From NCBI GenBank assembly GCA_964106645.2, contig OZ067042.1: a stretch of DNA of 64,000 nt, one strand, 5' to 3'. Positions 48,976 to 60,863 of this stretch are shown piece after piece. Position 1 is the stretch's first letter. Each line of letters begins with the position of its first letter. This DNA comes from Podarcis pityusensis. Its lineage: Eukaryota. The notes below the pieces were generated by a model. It was given only the letters and a program-made list of their open reading frames with translations, made no database searches and was not told where the DNA came from. A program made the position numbers and the translations under genes.

Positions 48976-51492
48976 CTCCAATGAGGAGAATGGGGAAACA
49001 GAAACAAAAACAAAAACAGCAGTAAAGAAGCAGGCATAATTCAAAAACCCAACCAAAAGAGGGTGGAAAAGGAAAACCAGGGAGGAAACGAACAAAAAAT
49101 ATATATAGTTGGTAGTCAGGAAATATGGCTAGCACTGGAGAGACATTCACATCAGGCTAGAAATCAGGCAGCTTGCATCCTCTCATTTGTACATTCCAAC
49201 AGCATGCGTGAGGAAGAATGCAGTCAAATTAAATGGACAAGCCGTGGAGCAGAATGGGAAGTTACGTGGTAATGATTTAATATCAGCCAGGGTTCACACT
49301 TTCAGTTGAAGAGTCATGGCATTTGGCAAAGTCATTGCTAGGCAAACCCCAAGTCAAATTATCTGCACCCTTAGAAGAGAAGCATTCATTTCAAATGATC
49401 ATACATGTACGAGAAGGAGAAAAGCTTCAGATTAATTATTCTGGCTTGCTCTTTCTTTGATTGATCAAACTAGCATAAATAACTACACTCCCTTCTCTCT
49501 AGGGTCTTGTTTTTCATCTCATCTCCAAAAAATTATCTTATGGTAGGTATGATGAGCCTGTGGCCCTCGCAATGAGGCTGAACTCTAACTCCTGTCAGCA
49601 GGTCCATACAGAACTTGTCTGGGGGCAGGGGCTGGAGTCTTGTTAGAATAACGTTATAAACTCAAACAGCGCAAGTCCAGCAGGCCCCTGACAGGCTCCC
49701 CCAGCCAGATTAGCACTCTAAGGTCCAGGACAAGTGTACCCGGCTGCCTTCCCCTCTGCATGGGCCTGTCTGTCAGTCCTGGGCAGCATGGCCAATTGTC
49801 AGGGATGACAGGAGTTGTAATCCAACAACTGCTAGAGGATGGGGAGGGGGCACATGGGGAGCTGTTCTATTGACACATTCCCACATTTTCATTCATGAAC
49901 AGAAGCAGTCAAAGTATGTTTTCCCTTCAATGCCAACTGCACATACATAGTGATTAAGTGAGTGACTGAAAGTTTGGACTGGAGATTCCTTCTAATCAAC
50001 AGGGAGACGAATCCATTGTCATATAAACTCCAATTGTGTGCAATACAGCTGCACACATAGGTGTTTTATGTTTGCACGGAAGGGACAGCGTATAAAACCT
50101 GTCCAAGCTTTTCAAGCTTGAACTATGTCAACGGGACTCTGAATCACTTTATCTCATGTATATGTCCTATGTTGTTAGCCTGCTCTTCAACCCAAAGGAT
50201 TTTCAGAGCAGCTCACAAATGAAGAGGATTAGAAACAGTCAACTAAAACAAATACAGCAATTATAAAACCAGTGTAACAGCAGAAGCCAATATTAAAAGT
50301 AGATTAAAAAGAGCTAAGCAAGATTAAAACCATTATTCAAATGGTATCTAAAATGCCCAGACAACTAAAACAGTCTACAAGTGGCACTGTAAGGTAACAG
50401 AGTCAACACCAGGTGAGCCTCCCTGGAAAGGGCCTGTGTCTGCTATTGAGTGGCACTCTCTGATACAGTTTTCTGATGTGCGAACTGTTCCTTTAAAAAT
50501 CTGGGAGTGGGTTATCAATATGCTGAAGGGAGGGAATCCAATTCATTCAGTTCATAGATTACTCAACTCATCCCTAAAGCTCAGGATCAGTAAGAACTTA
50601 GTTTATGTCTATCCTCATACATGTGGCTTTTCAAGGACACTAGTGATCAGTTAGTATCAATGCTAAAAAAATGTGAATGACTGCTTGGAGAGAGACACAT
50701 ATTTTCTGTAGAATATGTATTTATTAGAAAATAAACATTAAATCAATTGATGTGGTGTATTTACAGTGGGTTATGGTAACCTCTTTATTTGCTCTCAGGA
50801 GCTGGAGGGAAATTAATCGTGCATTTAACAGGACATACGTGAAAGCAAGTCAAACAACTTGAGACTGTCTCTGCATGGCAGCTCTTCTACACATCATGCA
50901 TGTGTGGCAGTGGTGAAGAGAGAAAACAGTGGAAACCAGTCCTCATGAAGCAGCTGCTATGTAGCTTCAAGTGGCCTCCATGTGGCTTTTATGCTATGCT
51001 AACTTTGTTTGTTCAAGGTAACATTTTACAGTACAAAATTGGGATGCATACAAACATGGACATTAAACTTTTTTTAAAAGAGGAATTGGTTATCAGCTTT
51101 TCATCACACTTTTTTTTTTTTTTTACCTCTGTTTGGCTCTCCAATAAATCTGTATTGAAATGCTATTTACAGAAAGCTGAAGGGTGACAGTAATCTCTAC
51201 TGACAAGCATTAAGTTAAATGAAAAGAACAAAGGACCCTTGATGTTCTGGTCAAACAGCCCTGTGCTACAGACTGAGCCACAGATTTACACATCTGTGAA
51301 TAGAGGCCAATATGAGTGGCTGAATTGAACCTAACATGTTGTTAGCTAAAGCAGTAAAATGTATCTGTTAGAATGACACTTGGAAGGAAGGAAGCATCAG
51401 CAAAGAGGGAGTGAACATGGGTAAGAACAACAACACAAAGTCCCTCTGGGTATTGGAGAGGGGTGTCACAAGAGAGCTGAGACATGGCATAC

Positions 51493-51513
51493 CTATGTAG
51501 AATGGAGCCGCAT
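51493..51513 (-). CDS. ABLIM1: Candidate ABLIM1 microexon, 21 nt (DAAPFYI)
   Basis: ctttttcccttttcttttctcag|ATGCGGCTCCATTCTACATAG|gtatgc. Strong pyrimidine tract, phase 1-1 matching the flanking exons, no stop. Not recognised from a known isoform. Confidence 0.6.
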   Translation of the reverse strand: MRLHST

Positions 51514-53436
51514 CTGAGAAAAGAAAAGGGAAAAAGTCATGTACAGAAATGAGGATAAAACAAATGGGGGAATAAAGCTGAATGCGTTCATGAGAACCAT
51601 GGTGGTACTTTTCAACTAAAAAAAGGAGAAAAAACATATGGCTATGTAAGCACATGTAATTAAAGGGTGGGGGAGTGCAGAAATCAGTCATGGGAAGCAC
51701 AGTGCTACTTTTTGGTTCTCAATCCAGCAGATAAACTTATCAATAATTTTTAAGAGAAATTGTCAATTGGTGCATGTGGGGAGAGGTAATAACTAAGACT
51801 GCAGCTGTAGAGGGAAATCTTAACCCTTCCCCTCTCACATGCTCCTGTCTACTGCTTTTCCTTCTCATATCTGGTTGGTTTTTTTTTTATCCATGTGACT
51901 GACAATCAGTTGTTATATAAGGATTTGAATTCTCTCCCCATCCTACTTGTGAAACTCCCTATACCTATAATGCAGTGGCAGTTTTGGGAGATGGGGTGGG
52001 GAGGGGGTTATTGCTTAGTTTTGTTCTTGTTTTTATTATGCATTTTGTGTTTTCATCTTGTATTTTTATGTTGTTAACCGCCCTGAGATCTTCAAATGAA
52101 GGGAATATACAAACTTAATAAACTATAAAACAAATAAGTTTTATTACTAACCAACCTTGCTGGGTCATCTTAAGGGTGATTGATATAATGTATGTGATCC
52201 AAACCCCATGAAAGCAAAATACATTCATGCAGGGGGGGTTTTACCTATCCACCCTACTTGAAACATGCCATTTCTAAACGCTTCAAAGCCAAAACTTTCA
52301 AAGAAGATGAACTCTCCCCTCCAGAATGTCACAATCAGATTAATATACAATCAATCATTACCTTAGGTCCATTTAATTACTGATTTATTCAATATTGCCA
52401 ATTGCAATTTAAAATGGCTGAGAATCTAGCACAAATTACTTTAGCACACATCTGGATGGTAGCTTCCTATACTCTCATGTCATAGTTTGGCATCACAAGT
52501 ACGTGGGAAGAACTCCTAGAAAGACAAGCACCTTTCTTCCTGGGAGATGCTGTATGAACACTGTGAAGGCATCTGAGCTCACAGCAGAGCCTGTGCTGGT
52601 TCCATAATTGCCACCATTAACTTTGTGCAGAAGTGGGGAAGCCCAGCATGGCCTTAAGCTACTGCTGAGTGTGGACTGCAGATATCAAAACATCACCCCT
52701 AGGCACATGCACACATAGTCATGCTGGCACTTTCGCATGGAAGTATATCCCATATCTTCATTGTACAAGATACAATTAATTGCCCTTCTGTTTTTCCCGA
52801 TTTTGTCATTTGAATGGACAAAGCAGAACACAAATTTGAGTTACACACGAAAATCTTTATTTCAGAAACTGATAACTATGAGCTGAACCTCAGTGAAGGT
52901 TTGCCATATCAAATCTAAAAGAGCCACTAGCTCTACCATATTATGAGAGAGAATGGGAATGCCTTGAGAAAGGAGGAGGATGCTACAGTAGGTCTGCAGC
53001 ATGGAAATGTTGAACTGGAGTTTATGGATCAAGTGCATGCAAACATGAATTGTGCCTCTGTTTTTAAGGGACCCCATGTGTAAAGGATGAAGTGAGTTTT
53101 GCTATGGTGAGGATTAAAACAAACTGGAACGAAAAGGTTGTAAAGTGTGTCTTATTACTGGAGAGAGGAGGAGGTTAAGAACTATTATCATTTCCGATAA
53201 AGGCCCATGGAAACCAAACAATCTATTTAACATACATATTACTTCAGTTCAGGACACTGAAATGTGTAGTATAACTTGAGCATAAATCTTCCTGGCTTTT
53301 AGCAATTCACCTAATCTACTGCTGCTCACATCAGCTCCTGAGTGAGTGATTCAGGAGGAGTTGAAAATTATATAGGGCACATTGGGAACAAGGAGGGATG
53401 GATACTGGGAGGAAAATGGGTAGACAAAGTGGCAGG

Positions 53437-53799
53437 ATACAACAAAACCAAAACACCAAACCGGCTTGCAAATATAAAGGACAATTTTACTTAGTTCAAC
53501 AAATTAAAGTGCAACATGCATATCAAAGCCTTGAGATGTGAAGAACCCTTTCTTGCAACCGTTCCCACTTACAGGACTTTGCGCTTCCAGCAGATAATTA
53601 ACTGTAGAATGATTTGCTTGTTTCAACTGTGCTATGACACTATTACTATATACATTATTGGCAGAGTTGTGCCACTAGTTGACTGTATATCTATAAGTAT
53701 CTCCAGGCTTTGATATGCACATTGCACTTTAATTTGTTGAACTAAGTAAAATTGTCCTTTATATTTGCAAGCCGGTTTGGTGTTTTGGTTTTGTTGTAT
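53437..53799. repeat. 101-bp inverted repeat with 161-bp spacer
   Basis: Arms 53437-53537 and 53699-53799, three mismatches. Confidence 0.92.
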
Positions 53800-54077
53800 T
53801 ACAATCGTTATTACACCTGATACTTTTTTTGTATACAAAGTGGTAGGATAGTCATCATGGAGGATCAATATACTGGCAGGAAGATGGAGCAAGCTATCTG
53901 GAACAGGTAGGGAATTTTAAGGGAATTTTAAGAGTTACATAGTGTGACGGTATGAAAAGCAAGCTAAACTATGAAGATAGTTTTTAAGAGAGATGAATCT
54001 TAGCTTTTGAATATAAGTCGTGATTGTACCATGTCACTCCAGGCAATAAAAATGTTATATGAATGCACCTTCACATG

Positions 54078-54238
54078 GTGGTTTGCCCAGTGGTAGAGGC
54101 ACATGCTTTGCTTGTGATAACTCCCAGTATCAATTGCTGGCATTTCCAGGTAGGGTTAGGAAAGCTTCCTGTCTGAAACTGTAGAAAGCCACTGCCAATC
54201 GGTGTAGATATGCTATAAGGAAGCTTCCTGCATTCCTA
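54078..54238 (+). mobile_element. Squam3-like tRNA-derived SINE, degraded
   Basis: cagtggtagag..catgctttgc...ggcatttccaggtaggg...ctgaaac...gccactgcca...tataaggaagcttcct. Confidence 0.65.
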
Positions 54239-54820
54239 AGACAGGAGCTGGGATTTGTTATATTAGAGCAAGCCTTGTTGTTCAACACTGGGGTTTGCAA
54301 GTGTATGAGCTGGTAAAATGACCTGAATCTGTCCTTAGATTTAAGGGAAGGAGGCTATGCTAGAAGGCATTGTAAGTGAAAAATGTCTCTTTGCGAAGCT
54401 TGACGGACATGGCGTTATTTGTGTTGGAAGTTGAAGCATGGGGAGAGGTGCTACTGGAGACCTTACAGAAAATGTAGGACATGCCAATGTGTTTGAAGAG
54501 AGAGATTCAGAGTTTTGGCAATTCCAAAGTTACGTTTCCAAGGCAGCAAAATTCTGTCACCTTGCTGTTCAAAGAGCCACACTTTCCTAAAACGTAAGAA
54601 ATGGAGCACTTCACCTAAGGAGACCCTTAGAAAGGACATACTTCCTCGAAGATGGAGAAGGTATGTCAGGTCTAACACAGTCATTATGACGCAGGTCTGA
54701 GGCATGCCGGGAGTCACACAGCTGATAGCCACTTGATGGAGATGTGCCTTATTAGCTTTCCTTGAATGCTAATAAATCTCCAGTCTGTCTGACACTAGCT
54801 TGAATGGCCTGTCTCCTTAC

Positions 54821-54940
54821 CTTTGACATGGGGGATGAAGTGGTGTCGGAAAGGGGAGTAGGGGCGGGAGTCATTGTGGGTGGAGATGGGACTGCTAGTG
54901 CGCAGGTGGGCTAACCGCTGCACACCGTTAGACTGCAGCT
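54821..54940 (-). CDS. ABLIM1: ABLIM1 cassette exon, 120 nt (ELQSNGVQRLAHLRTSSPISTHNDSRPYSPFRHHFIPHVK)
   Basis: ctgcag|AGCTG...GTCAAAG|gtaagg. Symmetric phase 1-1, open frame. Resembles the recalled mammalian alternative segment ending FRHHF.PHVKG. Confidence 0.88.
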
Positions 54941-56999
54941 CTGCAGCGGCAAGAAATCGTGAGGCAAGACAAAATGGAAACAAAGAAAAGAGAACACAAA
55001 ATAAGACAGAAGCAGGGCCAGTGGCTGGAGGCGGGGAGAGAACAGAGGGAGAAAAACACTGAACAAACTAGGAAGAAATAAGATTACACAAATATTAGGA
55101 AAAGTCATAGGAAGAAGGTGAAAACTCAAGATTGCCACTGGATACTTCCTTAGTCCAGGCTTAAATTAGTACCCTCTCTCTATAGCAAAAAATAACTATT
55201 ATTCATGCATCACACACCCTGAACCCAAATGAGTTTCAGAAGCAGCAGCTGTCTGGGTGACAACCTGACCAAGCAATGCCAAAACGGGTACAAAGTCCTT
55301 TTAAAATTGTTTTAAGAAATTCTGGAAGAAGAGTTTAGTCATTCCACTAAGAACACCAGGAACACCTTGGGGCCTTATGATGAAAGTTTTTAATATAATA
55401 TAGATACTGGAAAAGAGCCATTTTTGAATAGAATATATATTCTAATCAATGTAGCCTTTCATGTGGTTTATCAATGAGGGAATTTTCAAAAAGTGCCTTT
55501 AGGTCACTTCCAAAATCATTCTGGAAATTTTGAGATCTGGGGTTACAAGAAATCTGCAAATATCTGCTATTGTGTGAATAACGGTGTTCCTTGTCCAACT
55601 TTGGGGGGGGGGGAATTCCCAGTCATTTCAAAATATAATACTGGTTGTTTCCCCAGTAATTTGAACTGCTCTCAGAAACCATTTTATTTCCTGCATTTAT
55701 TTAAATACACAATGCTAGAAAGCTATTCAAAATATCAGCAAAGCAAACTGAATCATTGTCTCAATCTTAATAAATCTCACAAATACGATTTTGAGAAATG
55801 GCATGTCCTACATCTTGTCATATTTCACACTCTTAAGTTAGTTAAATCATGGTTTATAGGAAACACTGTACCATTCTTAGTTACAATTACAGGATTAAAA
55901 GTGTTGAAATACTAAATTCTGTTCATAGATTATGTTCACAGAGTCACATACTAAGAGTTGTCATATAGATCCTTCCTGAAATGGAATCAGTTGGAGATTA
56001 ACAACTATATTTTATTGCTTTTGACTATATTATACTGACATAGAAGTACACCTAATGCCAAAATGCAGGTGGTTAAAAATGGAAGTGATAGCTTCTGATC
56101 TTTTCCTTGAGGCCATACCAGAGAAGGAAGGAGGAGTGGCTTATTCATTTGTCCTTAATTATTGTTGAGCATTATATCTGAATGAGGCCAATGCCATCTT
56201 GGATCATCATTTCCCACAGAAATAAAAACAACTAGCCAATTGTGCTCTGTCAAACTCTTAAGAAAGCCTGGATTTGCATATATGTAGCATATATGGAGCT
56301 ATTATCACAAGAAGCAGAAATGTGAAGCCTTTGTGAAAAACATGCATCTAGACATTTGCTTCACCTGCTTTTGGATAAGGTAGCTATGCAATTCTCCCTA
56401 ACCTGAATCCCAAACCCTAGTTTTGGGGTTCCATACTGTTTCCAGAGTAAGGCTAACCAATTTTAATTTCCAGGTTTTTCTCACAATGCTACCCATGAGC
56501 AGTTTATTTAGGGAAATACGTTTTAAAGGCAAGACTTCAAAGAAAAATACAGCTTATTGCACATCTCTGTTTTGTGAATGCAACTTTAACAGGTGAACTG
56601 GTTTGCAATTTGTAGACCTTAATGGCTAGCTAGGGGTGAATGCAGGCACAACATTTTAATAGCAGTGGGTGCCACCCTGCAAAGATATTCACAGTGACCA
56701 GTTGATAGTTAGCTTTCCTCAGCAGGATAGAGCTCTGAAAAGAACAATTCTGCCAGTTTGAGGCTATATTTAGCTATTCACAGGGCTGGTCCCTGTGATG
56801 CCACCAAGAAATCTCTTCCTGCCTCAAACACTCAGAAGAGATTTATGTTTTATAAACTTAAGTTTTCTTTAAAATAATTAAGAAGGCACAAATTAAACGT
56901 TGTTTTTTTAAAGGAAGACATAAGTGGGGAGGCAAGCCTAACAACTGAGCCAGCATTTGATTCACTAGTGTGTACAGTGGACATTTCAGATGTGAAAGC

Positions 57000-57053
57000 A
57001 GGAAGGAAGGAAGGAAGGAAGGAAGGAAGGAAGGAAGGAAGGAAGGAAGGAAG
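57000..57053. repeat. (GGAA)n microsatellite
   Basis: Read directly from the sequence. Confidence 0.97.
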
Positions 57054-57579
57054 GGCTGTGGAATTTGCATTTAACTTTTAAAACTTTTTTTATGTCTGTC
57101 TTCACACTATGATCTTAAATAAAGAATTTTCCTGTTTTTAAAGATGGCCTTCCATTTCAACATCAAAGCAGAGAGGTCATGTGGACTGCGAGGTTTGATT
57201 ATCAGGAGTATTCCACAGTCTGAAACCAAGAACTCATTAAAAAGGTCCCTATAGCATGGTATTCAACATTACTTGCCACTTATAAAAGAAAGGATAAGCA
57301 ACCAATTTAATTTCCCAATAGTAATAGCTTTACTCTAAGACTCAAACATTCCCCCTAACAACAAGACTCATTGCAGGAAACTGTGTGCTTTTCTCTAATT
57401 GGCATAGATTCTAGGCAGCTTAATTAAAATATCAAAAAGTGAAAAGGAAGGGGGAGAGAACCAAACCATATGCAAGAAGTCATGTAATACTAAAGTGTCA
57501 GATTCCCTTTCTATGCAATTCTATGACATAAAGAAGCTAAGATTCTGTGGCTTGGCCACTTGCCTACATTGGGCCTTAC

Positions 57580-57709
57580 CAGGTCTGTGAAAATGTTGTG
57601 GTGAACGTGACATTGTGGGAGTGTAGCTGTGACGACTGTACACAGGAGAACCAATGGACCCCTGGCTGGTAGACCGGTGTATCATCCGATCCCGAAGATC
57701 CTGATATCC
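57580..57709 (-). CDS. ABLIM1: ABLIM1 internal exon, 130 nt (GYQDLRDRMIHRSTSQGSIGSPVYSRHSYTPTMSRSPQHFHRP)
   Basis: cctcag|GGATAT...AGACCTG|gtaagg. Near-identical to recalled human GYQDVRDRMIHRSTSQGSINSPVYSRHSYTPTTSRSPQHFHRP. Confidence 0.97.
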
Positions 57710-58440
57710 CTGAGGTAAGAAAATATTTTACATATATATTATAATATTCAGGGTTATAATGGTTAAGATACTGCTAAAATGCTTTTCCAGAGTGACTCAC
57801 TGCTTCAGTTCCTTGACAGTTGGAGACAGTTGGAGCTCATAACATGGGAGCTGACACTTAAGAGAGTTGGGAGCCATTTAAAAAATATTAGCCTGTCCAA
57901 AAAAATCTATCATTCAAACACTGAACATGGAAGCACCAAAAATTCCAGAGGCTTCTTACTAGCACGAAGAAGGAGCTCCTTAAGTCACTTTACCCCACCT
58001 TAACCCTTCCAGGGTTTGCTATAGATTACTGGATAAGGATGTTGAACAGTCTGTTCCATTCATTCCAAACTCTGTCATGTAGAAGGAACCCTGCAAATAT
58101 GATTGCATTGCTCACCAGCACCAACTATTCAGTTCATTTCCACTACTTAACAACAGTTACTGATCCTGCTCCCTGCTCACTTCTTCACCTTTGACCTCTG
58201 AAATTTCAGTGTCCCAGTTATGTAACCATACTGCCCCTGAGTCTTTTGATTTTTTTAAAGCAAAACCCGAGCCTGCCATTATGAGATGAGATTGATTGCA
58301 CTGAGGGCGATAAGCTAAATAAATGCCATGTGCATTTTGCTGCTGAATTGCATTCAGCACAGTGGACTGCATAGTCACAGAATGGCAGCTTACAAGAAGG
58401 CAGCACACAACAAGCAATAATACTGTTTTACTGGTAGTCA

Positions 58441-58479
<39 letters not shown>

Positions 58480-58491
58480 CATCATCATCAT
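58441..58491. repeat. (TAT)n(CAT)n microsatellite, ~30 nt downstream of the 36-nt exon donor
   Basis: Read directly from the sequence. Confidence 0.95.
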
Positions 58492-58523
58492 ACAATGCAG
58501 GGCACAGCTTCCATTGAACTTAC

Positions 58524-58559
58524 TTCTGCAGATGGAGTTGGAGAGAGTGTCCTTGGAGA
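58524..58559 (-). CDS. ABLIM1: ABLIM1 internal exon, 36 nt (SPRTLSPTPSAE)
   Basis: Minus strand reads tcttacag|TCTCCAAGG...GCAGAA|gtaagt. Peptide matches recalled vertebrate ABLIM1. Phase 0-0. Confidence 0.95.
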
Positions 58560-58903
58560 CTGTAAGACATGGAAGAAAGGAAATTGTAGATAGAGGATTA
58601 CTCCCAATGTGTCACAAATCCATTAGTAGTTGTCATTTCAGTTGTGTTATTTATTTAAAAATATTTCTGAACCACTTAATATTCAAATAAACCTTCAACA
58701 TTGTGTACAAACAATGCAAATCAGCATAAAAACAATAAAACTACATCATAGAAACAGAAATCCAGTGGTACAGGGCCTGAGTTGATGGATTAGGGGAAGC
58801 TTGCCGAAAAAAAGTATGCCTTTAACAAGACAATCAAGGGAAATTGCTGTGATGCTTCATGTAGGGCAAAGAGAAGGGAACGTCAATGTGCAGGGGAAAC
58901 AGC

Positions 58904-59022
58904 AGAAGTGTGCTTGCACACGAAAGCTCATACCAAGAACTAACTTAGTTGGTCTTAAAGGTGCTACTGGAAGGAATTTTTTTTATTTTGACTATGGCAG
59001 ACCAACACGGCTACCTATCTGT
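58904..59022 (+). mobile_element. Penelope-like terminal fragment, truncated inside the hammerhead core
   Basis: Almost identical to the reverse complement of ~60696-60812. Starts at AGAAGTGTGCTTGCACACGAAAGCTCATAC and lacks the CUGA box. Confidence 0.8.
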
Positions 59023-60782
59023 GCCTGTTTTCAGTTTACCTACTCTATGATATCCTGTAGAGTGTTGATCTAAATGATCTTACAGGTTCATACAGGGTCA
59101 GGTGGTCTTTCAGGTCACCTGACCCCAAACTGTTCCGTTATCAAGGTGACAATATGAAAAAGTTGATTGGAAACTCCTAAAGATTCTTCTATGGCACTGC
59201 CTACTCATATCCAGATTTAGAAAACTGCTTGAGTTTCAAGCAACCTCCACATATGCTTAATTTAATCAAATATTCTACAAGAGCAACCTATAACAAATGA
59301 CTCCTCTGGTAACACTACCTGCAAAGCTGGCAATCACAAGTGTGATTAATTTGACAGCTACCATAGTTGGACAGAAAGCTTTCACAATGGTGATCCCTGT
59401 ATTAAGTATCTCTTTGGCTCAGGGTTTTGAATGACACCAAGCATTCAAGTTTCCAGATGACTTTTACAGGGGAGTACCATCTTTTTTTAATGATCCTTGG
59501 CACTGAAGGCAGGTTGGCTGCATCTGGTAAACCTTGTCCAGATAAAACTCTGGGGTTTTTATTACAGCAGAAGTGGGAACCTTTGGCCTTCCAAATGTTG
59601 CTGAACTACAAGTGACATCAGCCCTAGCAAGCTGACGTGATGATGGAGGTTGTAATTTAGTAACATGTAGAGAGCCAAAGGTTCCCCATACTTGTTATGC
59701 AGGAAGAACAGAATTTTGTGTAACGTAAAGAAGTAGAAAAATTAACCATCTTTTCTCTGATATCTGCTATTTGAGGATCTCTTATCAAGTTAAAGCAAAC
59801 TTCTGTAAGGTGCATTGCCATATGCTGAATCATGTCCTTTCAGGCCCAGGATGTAGGATCAGTATATGTAGTATGCTTGCATCCCACCATTATACAAACA
59901 ACCAATTTTAACCTCACAGTTGCCACCTTTTATGATGTATGCTAGGCTAAGCAATAATAACTAATAACACTCTCCATAGCTGTACAGGGATTTTAATCCA
60001 CACCGAAGCCCAACACTTCAGCCATTGTACCACATGGGTTCTTGAGCATATCTTGGATGGTCTGGGATTGTGGTTGTTATCTAAGTTGTTATATACTTGC
60101 TGCATCACACAGAGAGAGAGAGAGAGTCCAAAGAATGCATCCCAAAGCAGTGTGACAAGAAGAAAAATAGCAACAAGCTCTGTACCACAAACACTTGTGC
60201 AAGAGTTCTGAAAATCCTCTTAGAGGTGGGTCTGCTTGGTAGCAGTTCTCATTCTTTATTGCTTAGGAGAAGCTACAGTCTTTTGCCAAGCAGATGAACA
60301 TATGTGGGTTTAGCTTCATTTTTTGTATGCAGCGCTCTAACTTAGGCCTGCACAATTTGTGACCCACCAGCCTGAATGCAGTCCACCAGCCAAGAGGGGC
60401 TCAACAAACCTTTTGGTTCCCTACCTGCCTGGTATTGCAAAAGAAGGGATTGCAAGTATCTAGCAGGTCGCAAATCATGGCTTACTGGCTGTGTTTTAGC
60501 TTGGTGGGTCACAAGTTGTACAGGCTTGCTCTAGCATTAAACATTCCTTCCCTGAACTGAAGATGACTTCATATATGGAAGAGCTTTTTTGGATCTAACC
60601 CCATATTAACTATGCCATTGTTCAATCCGGTCTCCATGGTTACATAGTGGCTTGGTACATCTAGCGATGCGGAAATCACAATGCTATTCCAGTTACAGAT
60701 AGGTAGCCGTGTTGGTCTGCCATAGTCAAAATAAAAAAAATCCTTCCAGTAGCACCTTTAAGACCAACTAAGTTAGTTCTTG

Positions 60783-60820
60783 GTATGAGCTTTCGTGTGC
60801 AAGCACACTTCTTCAGATAC
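60783..60820 (-). ncRNA. Minimal type I hammerhead ribozyme (PLE-type), intact, on the ABLIM1 sense strand
   Basis: GUAU-CUGAAGA-A-GUGUGC-UU-GCACAC-GAAA-GC-UC^AUAC: helix I GUAU/AUAC, CUGANGA and GAAA core boxes, helix II, palindromic AGCU helix III. Confidence 0.8.
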
Positions 60821-60825
60821 ACTGT

Positions 60826-60863
60826 GTATCTGAAGAAGTATGCTTGCACACGAAAGCTCATAC
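60826..60863 (+). ncRNA. Minimal type I hammerhead ribozyme (PLE-type), one helix II mismatch
   Basis: GUAU-CUGAAGA-A-GUAUGC-UU-GCACAC-GAAA-GC-UC^AUAC. G>A at 60840 weakens helix II. Confidence 0.75.
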
